In this document: one piece after another, positions 9,864-19,407 of the stretch
Position numbering within the stretch: the stretch's first letter is position 1
Layout: the number at the start of each line of letters is the position of its first letter
IMG/VR virus record: IMGVR_UViG_2897081166_000001
Coordinates: 1-64,000 of that record
Length of the DNA: 64,000 nucleotides
DNA from: a virus
Taxonomy: Duplodnaviria > Caudoviricetes
Direction: 5' to 3' (one strand)
The notes under the pieces: generated by a model
What the model saw: the letters and a program-made list of their open reading frames with translations, nothing else
Told to the model about the DNA's origin: nothing
Databases searched by the model: none
Made by a program: the position numbers and the translations under genes

Positions 9864-10380
9864 GGATGACCTCCACGTCGGCGTTGTCTTCGTCGTCGAG
9901 TCCGTAGGCTTCGGCGAGGGCGAGGACGGTGGGGCAGTTGCCGCGCCCTTCGGGTACTCCGTCCCAGTCGTGGCAGGTCTCGCACCCGAACCCGGCACTG
10001 TGCGGCCCGTAGCTCGGGTTGACGACTCGGGTGGTGTACGGGTGCGCGGCCAGGATCTTCCGGTCGGCGGCGCACCAGCGGAGCATCGTGGCGGGATCGC
10101 CGGCGGCGATGTGGCCTGCGACCGCAGGCCCCAGGCCGTCCGCGACCAGTAGTCCGGACTCGGTGACCACCTCGAAGAAGTCAGCGGACTCATTCCATCT
10201 CGTGCGCCACTCTCGCCCGATCTCCTTGTCGGCCGCCCGCGCGTTCTGCTCGCGTCGCTCGATCTCCTCGGTGATCCATTCGTGCAGTCCGGGGGTGACG
10301 TCCCACTCGGTGACCGTGACCACTTCCTCCGGGGCACCGTGCCGGCGGATCTGGTTCAGCCGAAGCTTTCGGTTGCTCAC
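9856..10380 (-). CDS. DUF6221-like protein
   Basis: HIAAGDPATMLRWCAADRKIL...CPTVLALAEAY pattern. Confidence 0.65.
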   Translation of the reverse strand: MSNRKLRLNQIRRHGAPEEVVTVTEWDVTPGLHEWITEEIERREQNARAADKEIGREWRTRWNESADFFEVVTESGLLVADGLGPAVAGHIAAGDPATMLRWCAADRKILAAHPYTTRVVNPSYGPHSAGFGCETCHDWDGVPEGRGNCPTVLALAEAYGLDDEDNADVEVIRG

Positions 10381-10532
10381 GCCCCGTCTCCGACGTTGGC
10401 GAGGAGGATGGCTTTGGTGAGTTCGAATGCCTGCTGTTCGGTGAACCCGGCCTGCACGTAGGTCTCGTACACCTCGTGTAGCTGGGCGGCCTGCTGTGCC
10501 AGCTCGGTCATGGGGTCGGTCGGCTCAGGCAT
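10377..10532 (-). CDS. Small hypothetical protein
   Basis: YVQAGFTEQQAFEL motif common in phage small proteins. Confidence 0.65.
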   Translation of the reverse strand: MPEPTDPMTELAQQAAQLHEVYETYVQAGFTEQQAFELTKAILLANVGDGA

Positions 10533-11046
10533 CCGGGGCCTCCTCGGTGTTGTCCGGGTAGGTATCGAGGAGCCAGATGTCGTCGAGCGCCCCGAGAGCG
10601 ACCCGTGCGGCGGCGTCGGGGTAGCTGCCGCTGATCTGCGGGGCGGGTACGTGTGCCATGTGCTCGCCACGGGATACCCACATCGCCACCCGCACCAGGC
10701 GATCGAACGCCTCCAGCGGGACCGGAACGGTGCCCGCTGCGGCCACGTCGAGTTGGATGCGCGCGGTCGCAACCACGGGCGGCTCGGGCGGCGCGGGGAT
10801 GGCCTCCATTTCGTCCAGCGCCCGGAGGACTTCTAGGACGGCCAGGATGTGGTGTACGGGCACCCCGGGGCGGGCCTGGTGGATGCGCCTGGCCGTGGCG
10901 CTGTCGGCGGTATGGCCTTCGATGAGTTCCTGTGGCGTGGGGCGCGCGCCTGCAATGACGGCGAGCTGATCCCGCAAGCGGCAGAGCGCCAGCTCCAGGG
11001 CCGCGACGTCGGACGGTGGCACTGAAGGGCCCTGAACATCAGGCAT
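10525..11046 (-). CDS. Hypothetical protein
   Basis: GGAGG RBS; overlap coupling with neighbours. Confidence 0.55.
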   Translation of the reverse strand: MPDVQGPSVPPSDVAALELALCRLRDQLAVIAGARPTPQELIEGHTADSATARRIHQARPGVPVHHILAVLEVLRALDEMEAIPAPPEPPVVATARIQLDVAAAGTVPVPLEAFDRLVRVAMWVSRGEHMAHVPAPQISGSYPDAAARVALGALDDIWLLDTYPDNTEEAPDA

Positions 11047-11578
11047 CGGAACCTCCAAGGCCGATGAAGTGGTCGCCCTCGACGCAGTGAGAGGACATGC
11101 AGCGGCCGACCGGAGTCGCATCCAGCGCCGCCTGCACAGCCCGCCAGATGATCGCGTTGCGGTGCGCGGTGTCGGGCGGCAGGTAGCCGCCGAGGCTGCG
11201 GATGTTCTCGTACACGGCGTCGTAGGCGGGCTGACGAGGGTCGGGGCGAACAGGCACGGTGTCGGATGAGGGCTCCGGGGCGCCCTCTTCGCTTGGCGCG
11301 CTCGCCGTCCGTGATCCCAGCTTCCGCTTGATGCCGTCGAGGATCTGCTCCCCGGCGACTGTGCCCGCCTCGAAGGCGGCGTCTCCCAGGGCCAGAGGGC
11401 TTGAGTCTGAACGTCCGAGGTAGGCGAGGACCTCGGCCCGGTTGTAGCGAAGGAGCCGGGGGCCGATGCGCTTCGGCTGCGGGCCGATGCCTTGCTTGGC
11501 CCAGCGTTCGATCGTGCGGGCACTCACTCCGGCCAAGCGCATGTACTCGACCTTGGTGATGAGGTCTGACTCAGGCAT
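11039..11578 (-). CDS. AlpA/excisionase-like HTH protein with C-terminal extension
   Basis: GVSARTIERWAKQGIGPQPKRIGPRLLRY motif. Confidence 0.7.
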   Translation of the reverse strand: MPESDLITKVEYMRLAGVSARTIERWAKQGIGPQPKRIGPRLLRYNRAEVLAYLGRSDSSPLALGDAAFEAGTVAGEQILDGIKRKLGSRTASAPSEEGAPEPSSDTVPVRPDPRQPAYDAVYENIRSLGGYLPPDTAHRNAIIWRAVQAALDATPVGRCMSSHCVEGDHFIGLGGSDA

Positions 11579-11918
11579 TCGCTTCTCCTTCGGCGGTGGC
11601 CCCGCAGGAGAGGCACGAGAAGCCGATGGGCGGAGCGCCCTGACAGGACGTGCACGGCGGCGGAGGCTCGATGAGTTGCATGTACGGAACCTGAAGGGCT
11701 TGCGCCAGAACAAGGAGGTCATCAACATCGACCCGTCGCTCACCCTTTTCGATTCGGGTGATCCCGGTTGCCGGGATGAGCCGTCCATGTTGCTTGCAAG
11801 CATCAGCCAACGCGCGTGTGGTGAGGCGGCGAAGAGTGCGCAGCCGCAGCAGGTTCGCGCGCACCTGATCTCCGGTCGATCCAACAATGATCGCCTTGCG
11901 GCCCGTGGCCCCATTCAT
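11571..11918 (-). CDS. XRE-family HTH regulator with C-terminal zinc ribbon
   Basis: NLLRLR...ITRIEKGERRVDVDDL; CTSC...CLSC. Confidence 0.8.
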   Translation of the reverse strand: MNGATGRKAIIVGSTGDQVRANLLRLRTLRRLTTRALADACKQHGRLIPATGITRIEKGERRVDVDDLLVLAQALQVPYMQLIEPPPPCTSCQGAPPIGFSCLSCGATAEGEANA

Positions 11919-12511
11919 GCGCTTCCCACCTTCTGCTGCTGGTGAGCAAGCAGGTCGACCTCAACCAGCGCGCGCTCCAGCGCCAACCGGGCACGACTGG
12001 CGTTGTGCGGCTGAGTGAGCATCCTCGCGACTTCTTCGCAAGCCACCTGGGCCGCCCTGGATGCCGGGTGCAGGAAGCTCTCGCGCGCGCCTGGCGGAAG
12101 CGATGAGAGCGCGTACTCCAGAGCGTCTGTCGCTCCGAGGCCAGGTAGCGGCCACTGGCTGCTGACCCACGCCCAAGCGGAGGCGGCCGAGACGGACCCG
12201 GCCCCCGTCACCTCTACTGATTCAGCGCTGGAATCCTCAAGGGGAAGCAGGAGCGCACCGGGTGACACGCCAAGCGCCACCGCAAGGGCGGCGAAGTCGT
12301 CTACATTCACCTGCCGCTCAAGGCGCTCGATTTTCGCGATCCCGGACGCAACAACGGGGCGTCCGGCGGCCCGCAGCCTCTCGGCAAGGTCGTGAATGGT
12401 CAGCCTCCGCCGCCTGCGCAGACGGCGAACGTTCTTAGCTACCTGCCCGCCGGTCGGCCCGTACTCCACGGCTGGGCGCGGACGGCGCTGGGCTCTGGTC
12501 TCGTCTGCCAC
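11915..12511 (-). CDS. XRE-family HTH regulator
   Basis: NVRRLR...IAKIERLERQVNVDDFAALAVALGVSP; GAGGAG RBS before GTG. Confidence 0.8.
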   Translation of the reverse strand: MADETRAQRRPRPAVEYGPTGGQVAKNVRRLRRRRRLTIHDLAERLRAAGRPVVASGIAKIERLERQVNVDDFAALAVALGVSPGALLLPLEDSSAESVEVTGAGSVSAASAWAWVSSQWPLPGLGATDALEYALSSLPPGARESFLHPASRAAQVACEEVARMLTQPHNASRARLALERALVEVDLLAHQQQKVGSA

Positions 12512-12628
12512 GAGGACTCCTCGGCAAGGGCGTTGGCAAGGGTGGCGGCGGGCTCGCCCCTTGCCAGAAGGAGCCCGCCGCTGGGCAAACCGGTGAAGCG
12601 GCGACCCAGGGTCAGCATAACCCCTACG

Positions 12629-12675
12629 CCTTGGAATCGTAGGCATATGCGAATCCAAAGCCTATGATTCAAAGG
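12629..12675. promoter_or_regulatory. Symmetric divergent promoter pair
   Basis: CCTTGGAATCGTAGGC...GCCTATGATTCAAAGG inverted repeat (14/16); each arm holds an outward-facing TAYGAT -10-like hexamer. Confidence 0.55.
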
Positions 12676-12722
12676 TCAACGGTTGATGCGGGCCAGCACC
12701 CCGCCACCCCGCAGGAGACACC

Positions 12723-13661
12723 ATGACCACACCACTCACAGCCGACAAGCTGCTCAAAGCCCTCCGCGACGAAGGGCTCCACGTCATCGAGCACCGGAGC
12801 TGGCGCACCAACAACCGCAACCACAAGGGACCGTGGGGTCCGACGCACGGCGTGATGATCCACCACACCGTCACCACCGGGACCGCCTCGTCGGTGGACC
12901 TCTGCTACAACGGCCACTCCGCCCTCCCCGGCCCGCTCTGCCACGGCGTGATCGCCAAGGACGGCACGGTCTACCTCGTCGGGAACGGACGCACCAACCA
13001 CGCCGGACTCGGCGACGCAGATGTCCTGCGCGCCGTCACCACCGAAGCCAAGACACTCCCCGCCGACAACGAAGCCAACACCGACGGCAACCGCCACTTC
13101 TACGGCTTCGAATGCGTCAACCTCGGCGACGGCAAGGACCCCTGGCCAGCCGCCCAACTGGACGCGATCGAACGGGCCGCCGCCGCCTTGTGCCGGGCGC
13201 ACGGATGGTCCGAGAGGTCCGTCATCGGGCACCTGGAATGGCAGCCCGGCAAAGTCGACCCGCGCGGGTTCAGCATGAACTCGATGCGCAACCGGATTGG
13301 CAACCGGCTCGACACGAAGACTCCGCCCAAGCAGCCGGCACCCACGATGCCGAACCCGCCCAAGGCCCCCGTCGTCGACCTGTCCAAGCTCATCGCCGCC
13401 GCACGCCACAACCCTGCCGCCAAGGGCACCCCCGTCACCTACGCCGGGGTCCGCATCGTCGAAGCCGCCCTCGTCGACGCCGGACTGCTCGCCAAGCCCC
13501 TCCTCGACGGGCACTTTGGCACCACCACCGTCACCGCCTACTCCCGCTGGCAGAAGTCCAAGGCCGGCGGCGGCTACACCGGGAAGGCCGCCGACGGCAT
13601 CCCCGGCAAGGACTCCCTCACCCGGCTCGGCAAGAAGTACGGGTTCACCGTCACCGCCTGA
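12723..13661 (+). CDS. Endolysin (N-acetylmuramoyl-L-alanine amidase plus peptidoglycan-binding domain)
   Basis: MIHHT, NHAG, GFEC, IGH.EW...K.DP amidase_2 motifs; DGHFG/DGIPG binding motifs. Confidence 0.92.
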   Translation: MTTPLTADKLLKALRDEGLHVIEHRSWRTNNRNHKGPWGPTHGVMIHHTVTTGTASSVDLCYNGHSALPGPLCHGVIAKDGTVYLVGNGRTNHAGLGDADVLRAVTTEAKTLPADNEANTDGNRHFYGFECVNLGDGKDPWPAAQLDAIERAAAALCRAHGWSERSVIGHLEWQPGKVDPRGFSMNSMRNRIGNRLDTKTPPKQPAPTMPNPPKAPVVDLSKLIAAARHNPAAKGTPVTYAGVRIVEAALVDAGLLAKPLLDGHFGTTTVTAYSRWQKSKAGGGYTGKAADGIPGKDSLTRLGKKYGFTVTA

Positions 13662-13681
13662 CCACCAGAAACGAGACCACC

Positions 13682-14053
13682 ATGAAGATCTTCGGCCGCG
13701 AGCCCGTCGTCATCCTCGGCGCGATCGCCGTCCTCCTCAAGCTCCTCGCCGGCTACGGCATCCAGGTCACCGAGACACAGCAGACCCTCATCAACACGTT
13801 CCTCGCCTGCGCCGTCGCCGTCGCCTCCGCCATCGTCCTCAAGAACGGCGCCGTCTACGCCGCCCTCCTCCAGGCCACCTCCGCCGGGCTCGCGCTCTTC
13901 GTCGGCTTCGGACTCAACATGACCGTCGAGCAGCAGGCCGGATGGATGGCATTCGTGTCCGCCGTCCTCATCGTCATCGAACGACCAGCCGTCGAAGCCC
14001 CCGTACCGACCACCCGCGTCGAGCAGACCAGCCCCGTCAAGCAGCAGGCCTAA
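13682..14053 (+). CDS. Holin-like membrane protein
   Basis: MKIFGREPV; about four hydrophobic helices; follows endolysin. Confidence 0.75.
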   Translation: MKIFGREPVVILGAIAVLLKLLAGYGIQVTETQQTLINTFLACAVAVASAIVLKNGAVYAALLQATSAGLALFVGFGLNMTVEQQAGWMAFVSAVLIVIERPAVEAPVPTTRVEQTSPVKQQA

Positions 14054-14089
14054 CCCAGGTCATGCACAACACAACCCGGGAGGCAGCGG

Positions 14090-14380
14090 ATGGCTGAGCT
14101 GTTCGGATTCAAGCCCGCCGACATCGGGGCCGCCGCCCTCCTCGTGGTCGTCGTCCTCATGGTCCTCACCGGCCGCCTCGTACCAAGACGCACCTACGAC
14201 GACCTCAAAGAGGACCGCAACGACTGGCGCACCGCCCACAACAAGGTCGCCGACGCCCTCGCCGAAGCGGTCCGCCAGAACGGCGAACTGACCGAGCTGT
14301 CCCGCACCGGCGTACACCTCCTCGACTCCCTGCCGCGAGGGGAGGTGACAGCCGATGGTGATCAAACTGTGGCGCCGTAA
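14090..14380 (+). CDS. Lysis-cassette membrane protein (TM plus coiled coil)
   Basis: TM followed by GRLVPRRTYDD, common in actinophage lysis cassettes. Confidence 0.7.
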   Translation: MAELFGFKPADIGAAALLVVVVLMVLTGRLVPRRTYDDLKEDRNDWRTAHNKVADALAEAVRQNGELTELSRTGVHLLDSLPRGEVTADGDQTVAP

Positions 14381-14555
14381 GAAGAACAAGCCGACAGCCG
14401 CCAAGGCGGCCATCGAACGGGCCGAGAAGGCCAACAACGAACTCGAACGGCAGCGCCCGGAAGCCAGCCACCTCAGCGCCCGCCTCCGGGCTCTCCGCCA
14501 CGAGAACCACTTCGAAGCAAAGATCAGAGCAGTCATGGAAGGAGGCGGCCAGTGA
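14355..14555 (+). CDS. Small lysis-region protein
   Basis: ENHF motif; overlaps neighbours. Confidence 0.6.
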   Translation: MVIKLWRRKKNKPTAAKAAIERAEKANNELERQRPEASHLSARLRALRHENHFEAKIRAVMEGGGQ

Positions 14556-14857
14556 TGGGCACCTGGGACCGGCTCTTGAACGTCACCACCTCGGCGGCCA
14601 TGGCCGCCACCGGTCTCACGTTCATGGTCACCTACCACCTCCTCGCCCCCTGGTGGCGATCCGAGACGGGGCGCCACCTCATGGGCTTCGGGGCCGCAGT
14701 CACCGCGCTCAGCGCCTACACAGTCGCCATCACCGCCTGGCCGGATTTCTGGCCGCTGCGCGTTGTGCGAACTCTTGTCGTCCTCGCGATCGCCGCCCTG
14801 TTCATCCAGCGGACCGTCATGGTCATCCGCGCCCAACGCCACCACCAGGAGCCTTGA
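14552..14857 (+). CDS. Putative holin (three TM)
   Basis: WWRS..GRHLM motif; hydrophobic helices. Confidence 0.7.
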   Translation: MMGTWDRLLNVTTSAAMAATGLTFMVTYHLLAPWWRSETGRHLMGFGAAVTALSAYTVAITAWPDFWPLRVVRTLVVLAIAALFIQRTVMVIRAQRHHQEP

Positions 14858-16971
14858 TGCCGTTCCCTACGGGCGTCCCGTCCGTCCCCGTCCGCTACAG
14901 CATCACCTCCCCGGCCGGCGGCGGCCCCGGCGAGGGCACCCTCCAGCTCATGCCGACCGTCCCCGCCATCCGCATCCCCGGACAGGAAGGCGTGTTCACC
15001 GGCGGTGGCACCTACCGGTTCGTCGAAGGTCGGCTCGTCGGCGGCGACGGCGAACAGGTGCGACTCCTCCCCACAAACATCGACGGGGCCAACCCCGCGA
15101 TGTGGGCGTGGCTCGGCATCGAGCAGATCAACGGCCAGCAGCCCCGCCCCTTCTACTTCACGCTCAGCGCCGGCCAAGACGAGGTCGACCTCGGAGCGGT
15201 CCAGCAGCTCGCCCCCGACCTGGCTCAGTACCTCGCCGTACCAGGAGAGTCCGCCTACGACGCATGGCGCCGGGCCGGCAACGACGGCGACGAAGCTGAC
15301 TTCCTCGCCTCCCTCATCGGGCCTCCCGGCGACATCGCCGCAGCCAACGACTACACCGACGAGCAACTCGGCCAGGCCCTCGCCGCCGAGGTGACGCGCG
15401 CCAACACCGCCTACGACCCCGCCGGCGCAGCGGGTGCAGCCCAGGCGGCAGCCGTCAGCAGCGCGGCAGCAGACGCCGCCGCGAAGGCGAACACGGCACG
15501 GGACGTCGCCATTGCCGCAGCCTCCTCCGACGCCGCCTCCAAGGCTGGTGCCGCCCAGAGTGCCGCCGTGCTGGCGGCAGCCACTGCCGCCGCCGGGCTG
15601 TACCTGCCCAAGGCGCTGCTGGCCGTCGACAGCTTCATGGCCCAGCCCGGCACGAAGATCTTCGGACACCGCGGGGCGGGCATGGTGGCACCGGAGCACA
15701 CCGAGGCCGCCTACGACTACGCGATCGCCCACGGCATCCAAGCCATGGAGCTGTCCGTCAACGTCGACAGTGAGGGGCAGCTGTGGTGCCTCCACGACCT
15801 GACCCTGGACCGGACGACGTACAACACGGGGGCGCTCAACACCTACCCGTCGACCGGGGTCGCCAACAGGGTCCTCACCAACGGGCGGACGATGCTCGGG
15901 CAGGGCTGGACGGACCAGCCGATGGTGCCGCTCCGACGCATGCTCGACAAGTACCTCGGCCGCGTCGTCCTCTTCCTGGAACCCAAGGGCAACGACGCCG
16001 TCGTTCCGCTCCAAACCTTGCTGGCCACGTCGTACCCGCACGCCAACCAGTCGGTGATCTGGAAGGCGCACGTCGGCACGAGCTTCGTCTGGCCGAAGAA
16101 CAACGGGTTCCGCACCTGGTGCTACGTCGATGACGGGTCCAGCAACGCGGTACTCGACGGCAAGGACCCACTGGTGGACTACTGGGGCGTCTCCACGTCG
16201 ATGCCGTCCGCCCGCCGCAAGGAGATCGTCGCCCGCGGTAAGCCGGTCTTCAGTTGGCCGGTCTACCGCCGGTCACAGCGGGCCGCCCTGGAGGCTGACG
16301 GGGTCGTCGGGCTCATGTCGTCGGACCCGGTGTACGTCCGCGGTGGCGCCGCGCAGGCCACCGCATCCCGGTGGGACCAGCAGGTCAAGGAGTCCGGCGG
16401 CACCCCGCAGACCGACTACAACGTGGACGCCGCCCTCAAGTTCAGCGACACCGACGGGTGGGTGTCCATCAACCGGGCGCGCGGTACCTACGGGCTCGGC
16501 CGGTACTGCCCGATCGTCCCCGGGGCCGGCGGGTACCGCATCCAGATCGAGATGAAGTACGACCAGATCAACACGGCGGACCTTGCGGTTCACGGTGGCC
16601 TCTACCTGGGGAAGGTGAGCGACGATCCCTACGAGTTCAACACCCTGAACCCGAGCAGCGGCTACCACCTGATCCTCCGCCACAACGGAGTCCTGAGGCT
16701 TTACCGGCACGTCACCACTCAGACCGGAGGCATCCAACTCGGCACCACCGACATTCCCACCGACGCCCCCGTCGCCGGACAGTCCATGACCATCCAGATC
16801 GACGTCACCCCCACCACAGTCGAAGCCCGCCGCCTCGGCAACGCCGCCTGGACCACCGGCCCCATCGCAGACACCACCAACCGCGGCGGGTACTTCGGAC
16901 TGTCCAACGGCAGCATCAGCGACACCGCAGCCAGACCGCACTGGCGGAACCTCGCCATCACGCAGCTCTGA
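14857..16971 (+). CDS. GDPD-domain tail/secreted protein, copy 2
   Basis: Aligns by eye with 5795..7570 from LYLP...GHRG to WRNL..TQL; different N-terminus with GESAYDAW motif. Confidence 0.8.
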   Translation: MPFPTGVPSVPVRYSITSPAGGGPGEGTLQLMPTVPAIRIPGQEGVFTGGGTYRFVEGRLVGGDGEQVRLLPTNIDGANPAMWAWLGIEQINGQQPRPFYFTLSAGQDEVDLGAVQQLAPDLAQYLAVPGESAYDAWRRAGNDGDEADFLASLIGPPGDIAAANDYTDEQLGQALAAEVTRANTAYDPAGAAGAAQAAAVSSAAADAAAKANTARDVAIAAASSDAASKAGAAQSAAVLAAATAAAGLYLPKALLAVDSFMAQPGTKIFGHRGAGMVAPEHTEAAYDYAIAHGIQAMELSVNVDSEGQLWCLHDLTLDRTTYNTGALNTYPSTGVANRVLTNGRTMLGQGWTDQPMVPLRRMLDKYLGRVVLFLEPKGNDAVVPLQTLLATSYPHANQSVIWKAHVGTSFVWPKNNGFRTWCYVDDGSSNAVLDGKDPLVDYWGVSTSMPSARRKEIVARGKPVFSWPVYRRSQRAALEADGVVGLMSSDPVYVRGGAAQATASRWDQQVKESGGTPQTDYNVDAALKFSDTDGWVSINRARGTYGLGRYCPIVPGAGGYRIQIEMKYDQINTADLAVHGGLYLGKVSDDPYEFNTLNPSSGYHLILRHNGVLRLYRHVTTQTGGIQLGTTDIPTDAPVAGQSMTIQIDVTPTTVEARRLGNAAWTTGPIADTTNRGGYFGLSNGSISDTAARPHWRNLAITQL

Positions 16972-16990
16972 CCAGGCCCCGCCGCGCGCT

Positions 16991-17614
16991 CTACTTGATC
17001 GTGCCGGTGAACTCCGGGAACACCTCGAACCCGTCATCCGTCGCCCGCTGCACCGTCACCACGATGTCCTTCCCGTACCGCTTCTCCAAGGCGTTGTCGT
17101 CGGTCTTCACCGCCGACACCCCGGAGGCGATACGGCCCTCAAGCGGGGCACTGCCTTTCGTGAAGGAGCTGCTCGCCGCCGTTCCACCGTTTGTGGCCCC
17201 GTCGACCATGATGGACAGCTGATTGAGGTCGACGGAGCCTTCACTCTTGTTGTCGATCTTGAGGCGGATGCGGAACTCGTTGCTCTTCGGGTCCGGCTCC
17301 TCGTACTCGTCCCAGTCAGTGAAGACCTTCGCGTCCAGGACAGTGACCTCCAGGCCGTCCGGCCAGGCATACGCCTTCCCGAACGGCAGATCCGTGGAAG
17401 GCCCGCCATCGCCGCCGGTTCCAGCCCCATCCGCCTCGGAGCAGTGCTCCATCCAGTCCGCCTGATCCAGCGACGTGTCCGAGCAATCCACTTCATGCTC
17501 CGGAGCCGACGCTTTCACCGTCGACTTCGGTACGGCCGGCTTGTCGGCGCCCCCGCAGGCCGTGAGCGAGCAGGCGAGCAGAAGAGCTGCCACGGCAGCA
17601 GTGCGGGTACGCAT
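16991..17614 (-). CDS. Lipoprotein (possible superinfection-exclusion moron)
   Basis: Signal peptide with lipobox SLTAC; Ig-like beta domain. Confidence 0.7.
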   Translation of the reverse strand: MRTRTAAVAALLLACSLTACGGADKPAVPKSTVKASAPEHEVDCSDTSLDQADWMEHCSEADGAGTGGDGGPSTDLPFGKAYAWPDGLEVTVLDAKVFTDWDEYEEPDPKSNEFRIRLKIDNKSEGSVDLNQLSIMVDGATNGGTAASSSFTKGSAPLEGRIASGVSAVKTDDNALEKRYGKDIVVTVQRATDDGFEVFPEFTGTIK

Positions 17615-17810
17615 CAGATCCCCCAGAGGTGGTTCGGAGGCCCGACCGTAACCACCCGGCCACACCGCAGGGAGCAGCTTGTTCCGGAGGTGACGGAGTT
17701 GTGACCAAACAGCGGGGGAGAGGTGCGGGCAACCTGTCGCATGGTGGGGTGCCGGGCGCCCCAAGTCCGTACACTGAAACCGGCGCGGGGCCAGAACAGC
17801 TAGGAGCACC

Positions 17811-18356
17811 ATGTTCAAGATCCCCGACCGCGTCGCGGACCTCTTCGGTGACGACGCCACCCGAGTCGAGTTCCAGCAGGCACTGCTTGCCGCCGGCCAA
17901 ATCCAGGGTCACGAGATGAAGTACCTGGAAGACGGGCCCTTCTCCGAAGCCGCCCGCATCACCTACCGACGCCTGAAGGACTTCGACCGGACCACGCTCC
18001 CGGAGGGCCAGCGAGAGCTGGTGGCCGGAGCCAAGGCGCTGTCGCACCGGCTCATCACGTCCGGCTATGCAATCGACAAAGCAGCGAGGGCCGATGAACA
18101 CGCCGCAGACGACTGGCCGGAGCTCCTCGCCTTCGTTGAGGGGAAGTGTTCAGTGCGAGTAGGGCTCCCAGACCATGACGGCTGGGAGCGCTGCTACACC
18201 CACATCATTGGTCGGGCGGAGGCTGCACTAGAGGCGGGCCGCGCGAGCGACGATCGGGACGCCGGGTACGCCGTACTCCGACACTTCGCCTACTTCTTCA
18301 GCGGAGACGCCGGCTTCGAGCGCCGCTGGTACTTCGAGGTGCCCGAAGCGAGCTGA
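17811..18356 (+). CDS. Hypothetical protein
   Basis: AGGAG RBS; upstream TACACT; downstream hairpin. Confidence 0.7.
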   Translation: MFKIPDRVADLFGDDATRVEFQQALLAAGQIQGHEMKYLEDGPFSEAARITYRRLKDFDRTTLPEGQRELVAGAKALSHRLITSGYAIDKAARADEHAADDWPELLAFVEGKCSVRVGLPDHDGWERCYTHIIGRAEAALEAGRASDDRDAGYAVLRHFAYFFSGDAGFERRWYFEVPEAS

Positions 18357-18368
18357 CCCCCGCGCACC

Positions 18369-18400
18369 TGCGCCCCGCTCTCATCCGAGGGCGGGGCGCA
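18369..18400. terminator. GC-rich hairpin between convergent genes
   Basis: TGCGCCCCGC...GCGGGGCGCA. Confidence 0.6.
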
Positions 18401-18454
18401 GTGCTGTGGAGGCGGGGAGACCAGGAGATCCCGTGGCTTCAGTCGGCTTGAGCG

Positions 18455-19336
18455 TCAAGTCTTGGCGTGTTCTTCGCCCGCACCTGCTTCGTCGCGCAGC
18501 TTGACGACTCGTAGGCCAGCAGCTCGGCCGCGCATGCTCTGTCCTGTGTCGTAAGTGAGGAGATGAACGGGGCGGCCGGCGAGCGGCTGGATCGCCACGG
18601 CTCGGTCGATGATCTCGTCGTCGTTGATCGGTAGCCGTTCATGCCCTGGGGGGTCGAACAGGATCTCGACGGTGACCTTGCCGCGGGGTATGCCGCCGGA
18701 GTCGAGTGGCGCGTAGTCCTCTTCCGCCAGGATGGCGCTGCCGGTGCCTGACGGGAGCAGGCGCTCAAAGACTGCAAGGCTGTACCCGGCACGCCAGCGA
18801 GTGGTCTTGGACTGCTTGAGCGAGTCCAGCTCGTCGACCACGACCATGGGGACGATGAGATGGATGGGCTCCTCCCGAACGGGAAGTATGCCGCGAAGGT
18901 CCCACTCCTCAAGCCTTACATCGTGCTGGATGTACACAGAGGTGTCCGCCACGACGAAGAGGCCTCGTTGGTTCCAACTGGCTACACGCTCCTTGAGTGC
19001 CTCAAGCGCCGTATCGAAATCGGCAACGCGCTCTTCGAGCTCCAGGTTAACCAGGTCGTTGACGAGCCCTTCTTGGTGGCTGCCTGCCATCCCACTGCTC
19101 GCCCCAGCCAAGAGGGTGTTGTAGCGGCGGGTCAGAACCAGATGATCGATGTCTGAACTGCGGATCTGGTAGCGGAGTTGTCGTGCCGCTGTTGTAGCCC
19201 AGCGCAGGTAGCGGACGAGCCTGTTGTACGCGGAGCCGCTGAACGGGCCTCGGAGGTTGTCGGCCTCGTGCCGCAGGGTGCCGAGGATGGTGATCAGGTT
19301 GCCGCGGTCAGTGCCGGGCAGTGGTGTCACGAGCAT
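18455..19336 (-). CDS. PIN-domain ribonuclease with N-terminal helical domain
   Basis: VADTSV, VPMVVVDELD.LK, NDDEII, LLTYDTG PIN motifs. Confidence 0.85.
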   Translation of the reverse strand: MLVTPLPGTDRGNLITILGTLRHEADNLRGPFSGSAYNRLVRYLRWATTAARQLRYQIRSSDIDHLVLTRRYNTLLAGASSGMAGSHQEGLVNDLVNLELEERVADFDTALEALKERVASWNQRGLFVVADTSVYIQHDVRLEEWDLRGILPVREEPIHLIVPMVVVDELDSLKQSKTTRWRAGYSLAVFERLLPSGTGSAILAEEDYAPLDSGGIPRGKVTVEILFDPPGHERLPINDDEIIDRAVAIQPLAGRPVHLLTYDTGQSMRGRAAGLRVVKLRDEAGAGEEHAKT

Positions 19337-19407
19337 GGGCGGATTGTGGCACCCGCAGTGATCTCAGGCACCGCCATTGACGCCAGTGCCCCTGGACCGA
19401 CCTCCGA

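Noticed and set aside
5795-16971. Diversity-generating retroelement template/variable repeat pair
   Set aside because: No reverse transcriptase in the window, and differences are spread throughout rather than adenine-specific.
17811-19336. VapBC-type toxin-antitoxin pair
   Set aside because: The genes are convergent, separated by a terminator, and there is no small upstream antitoxin.
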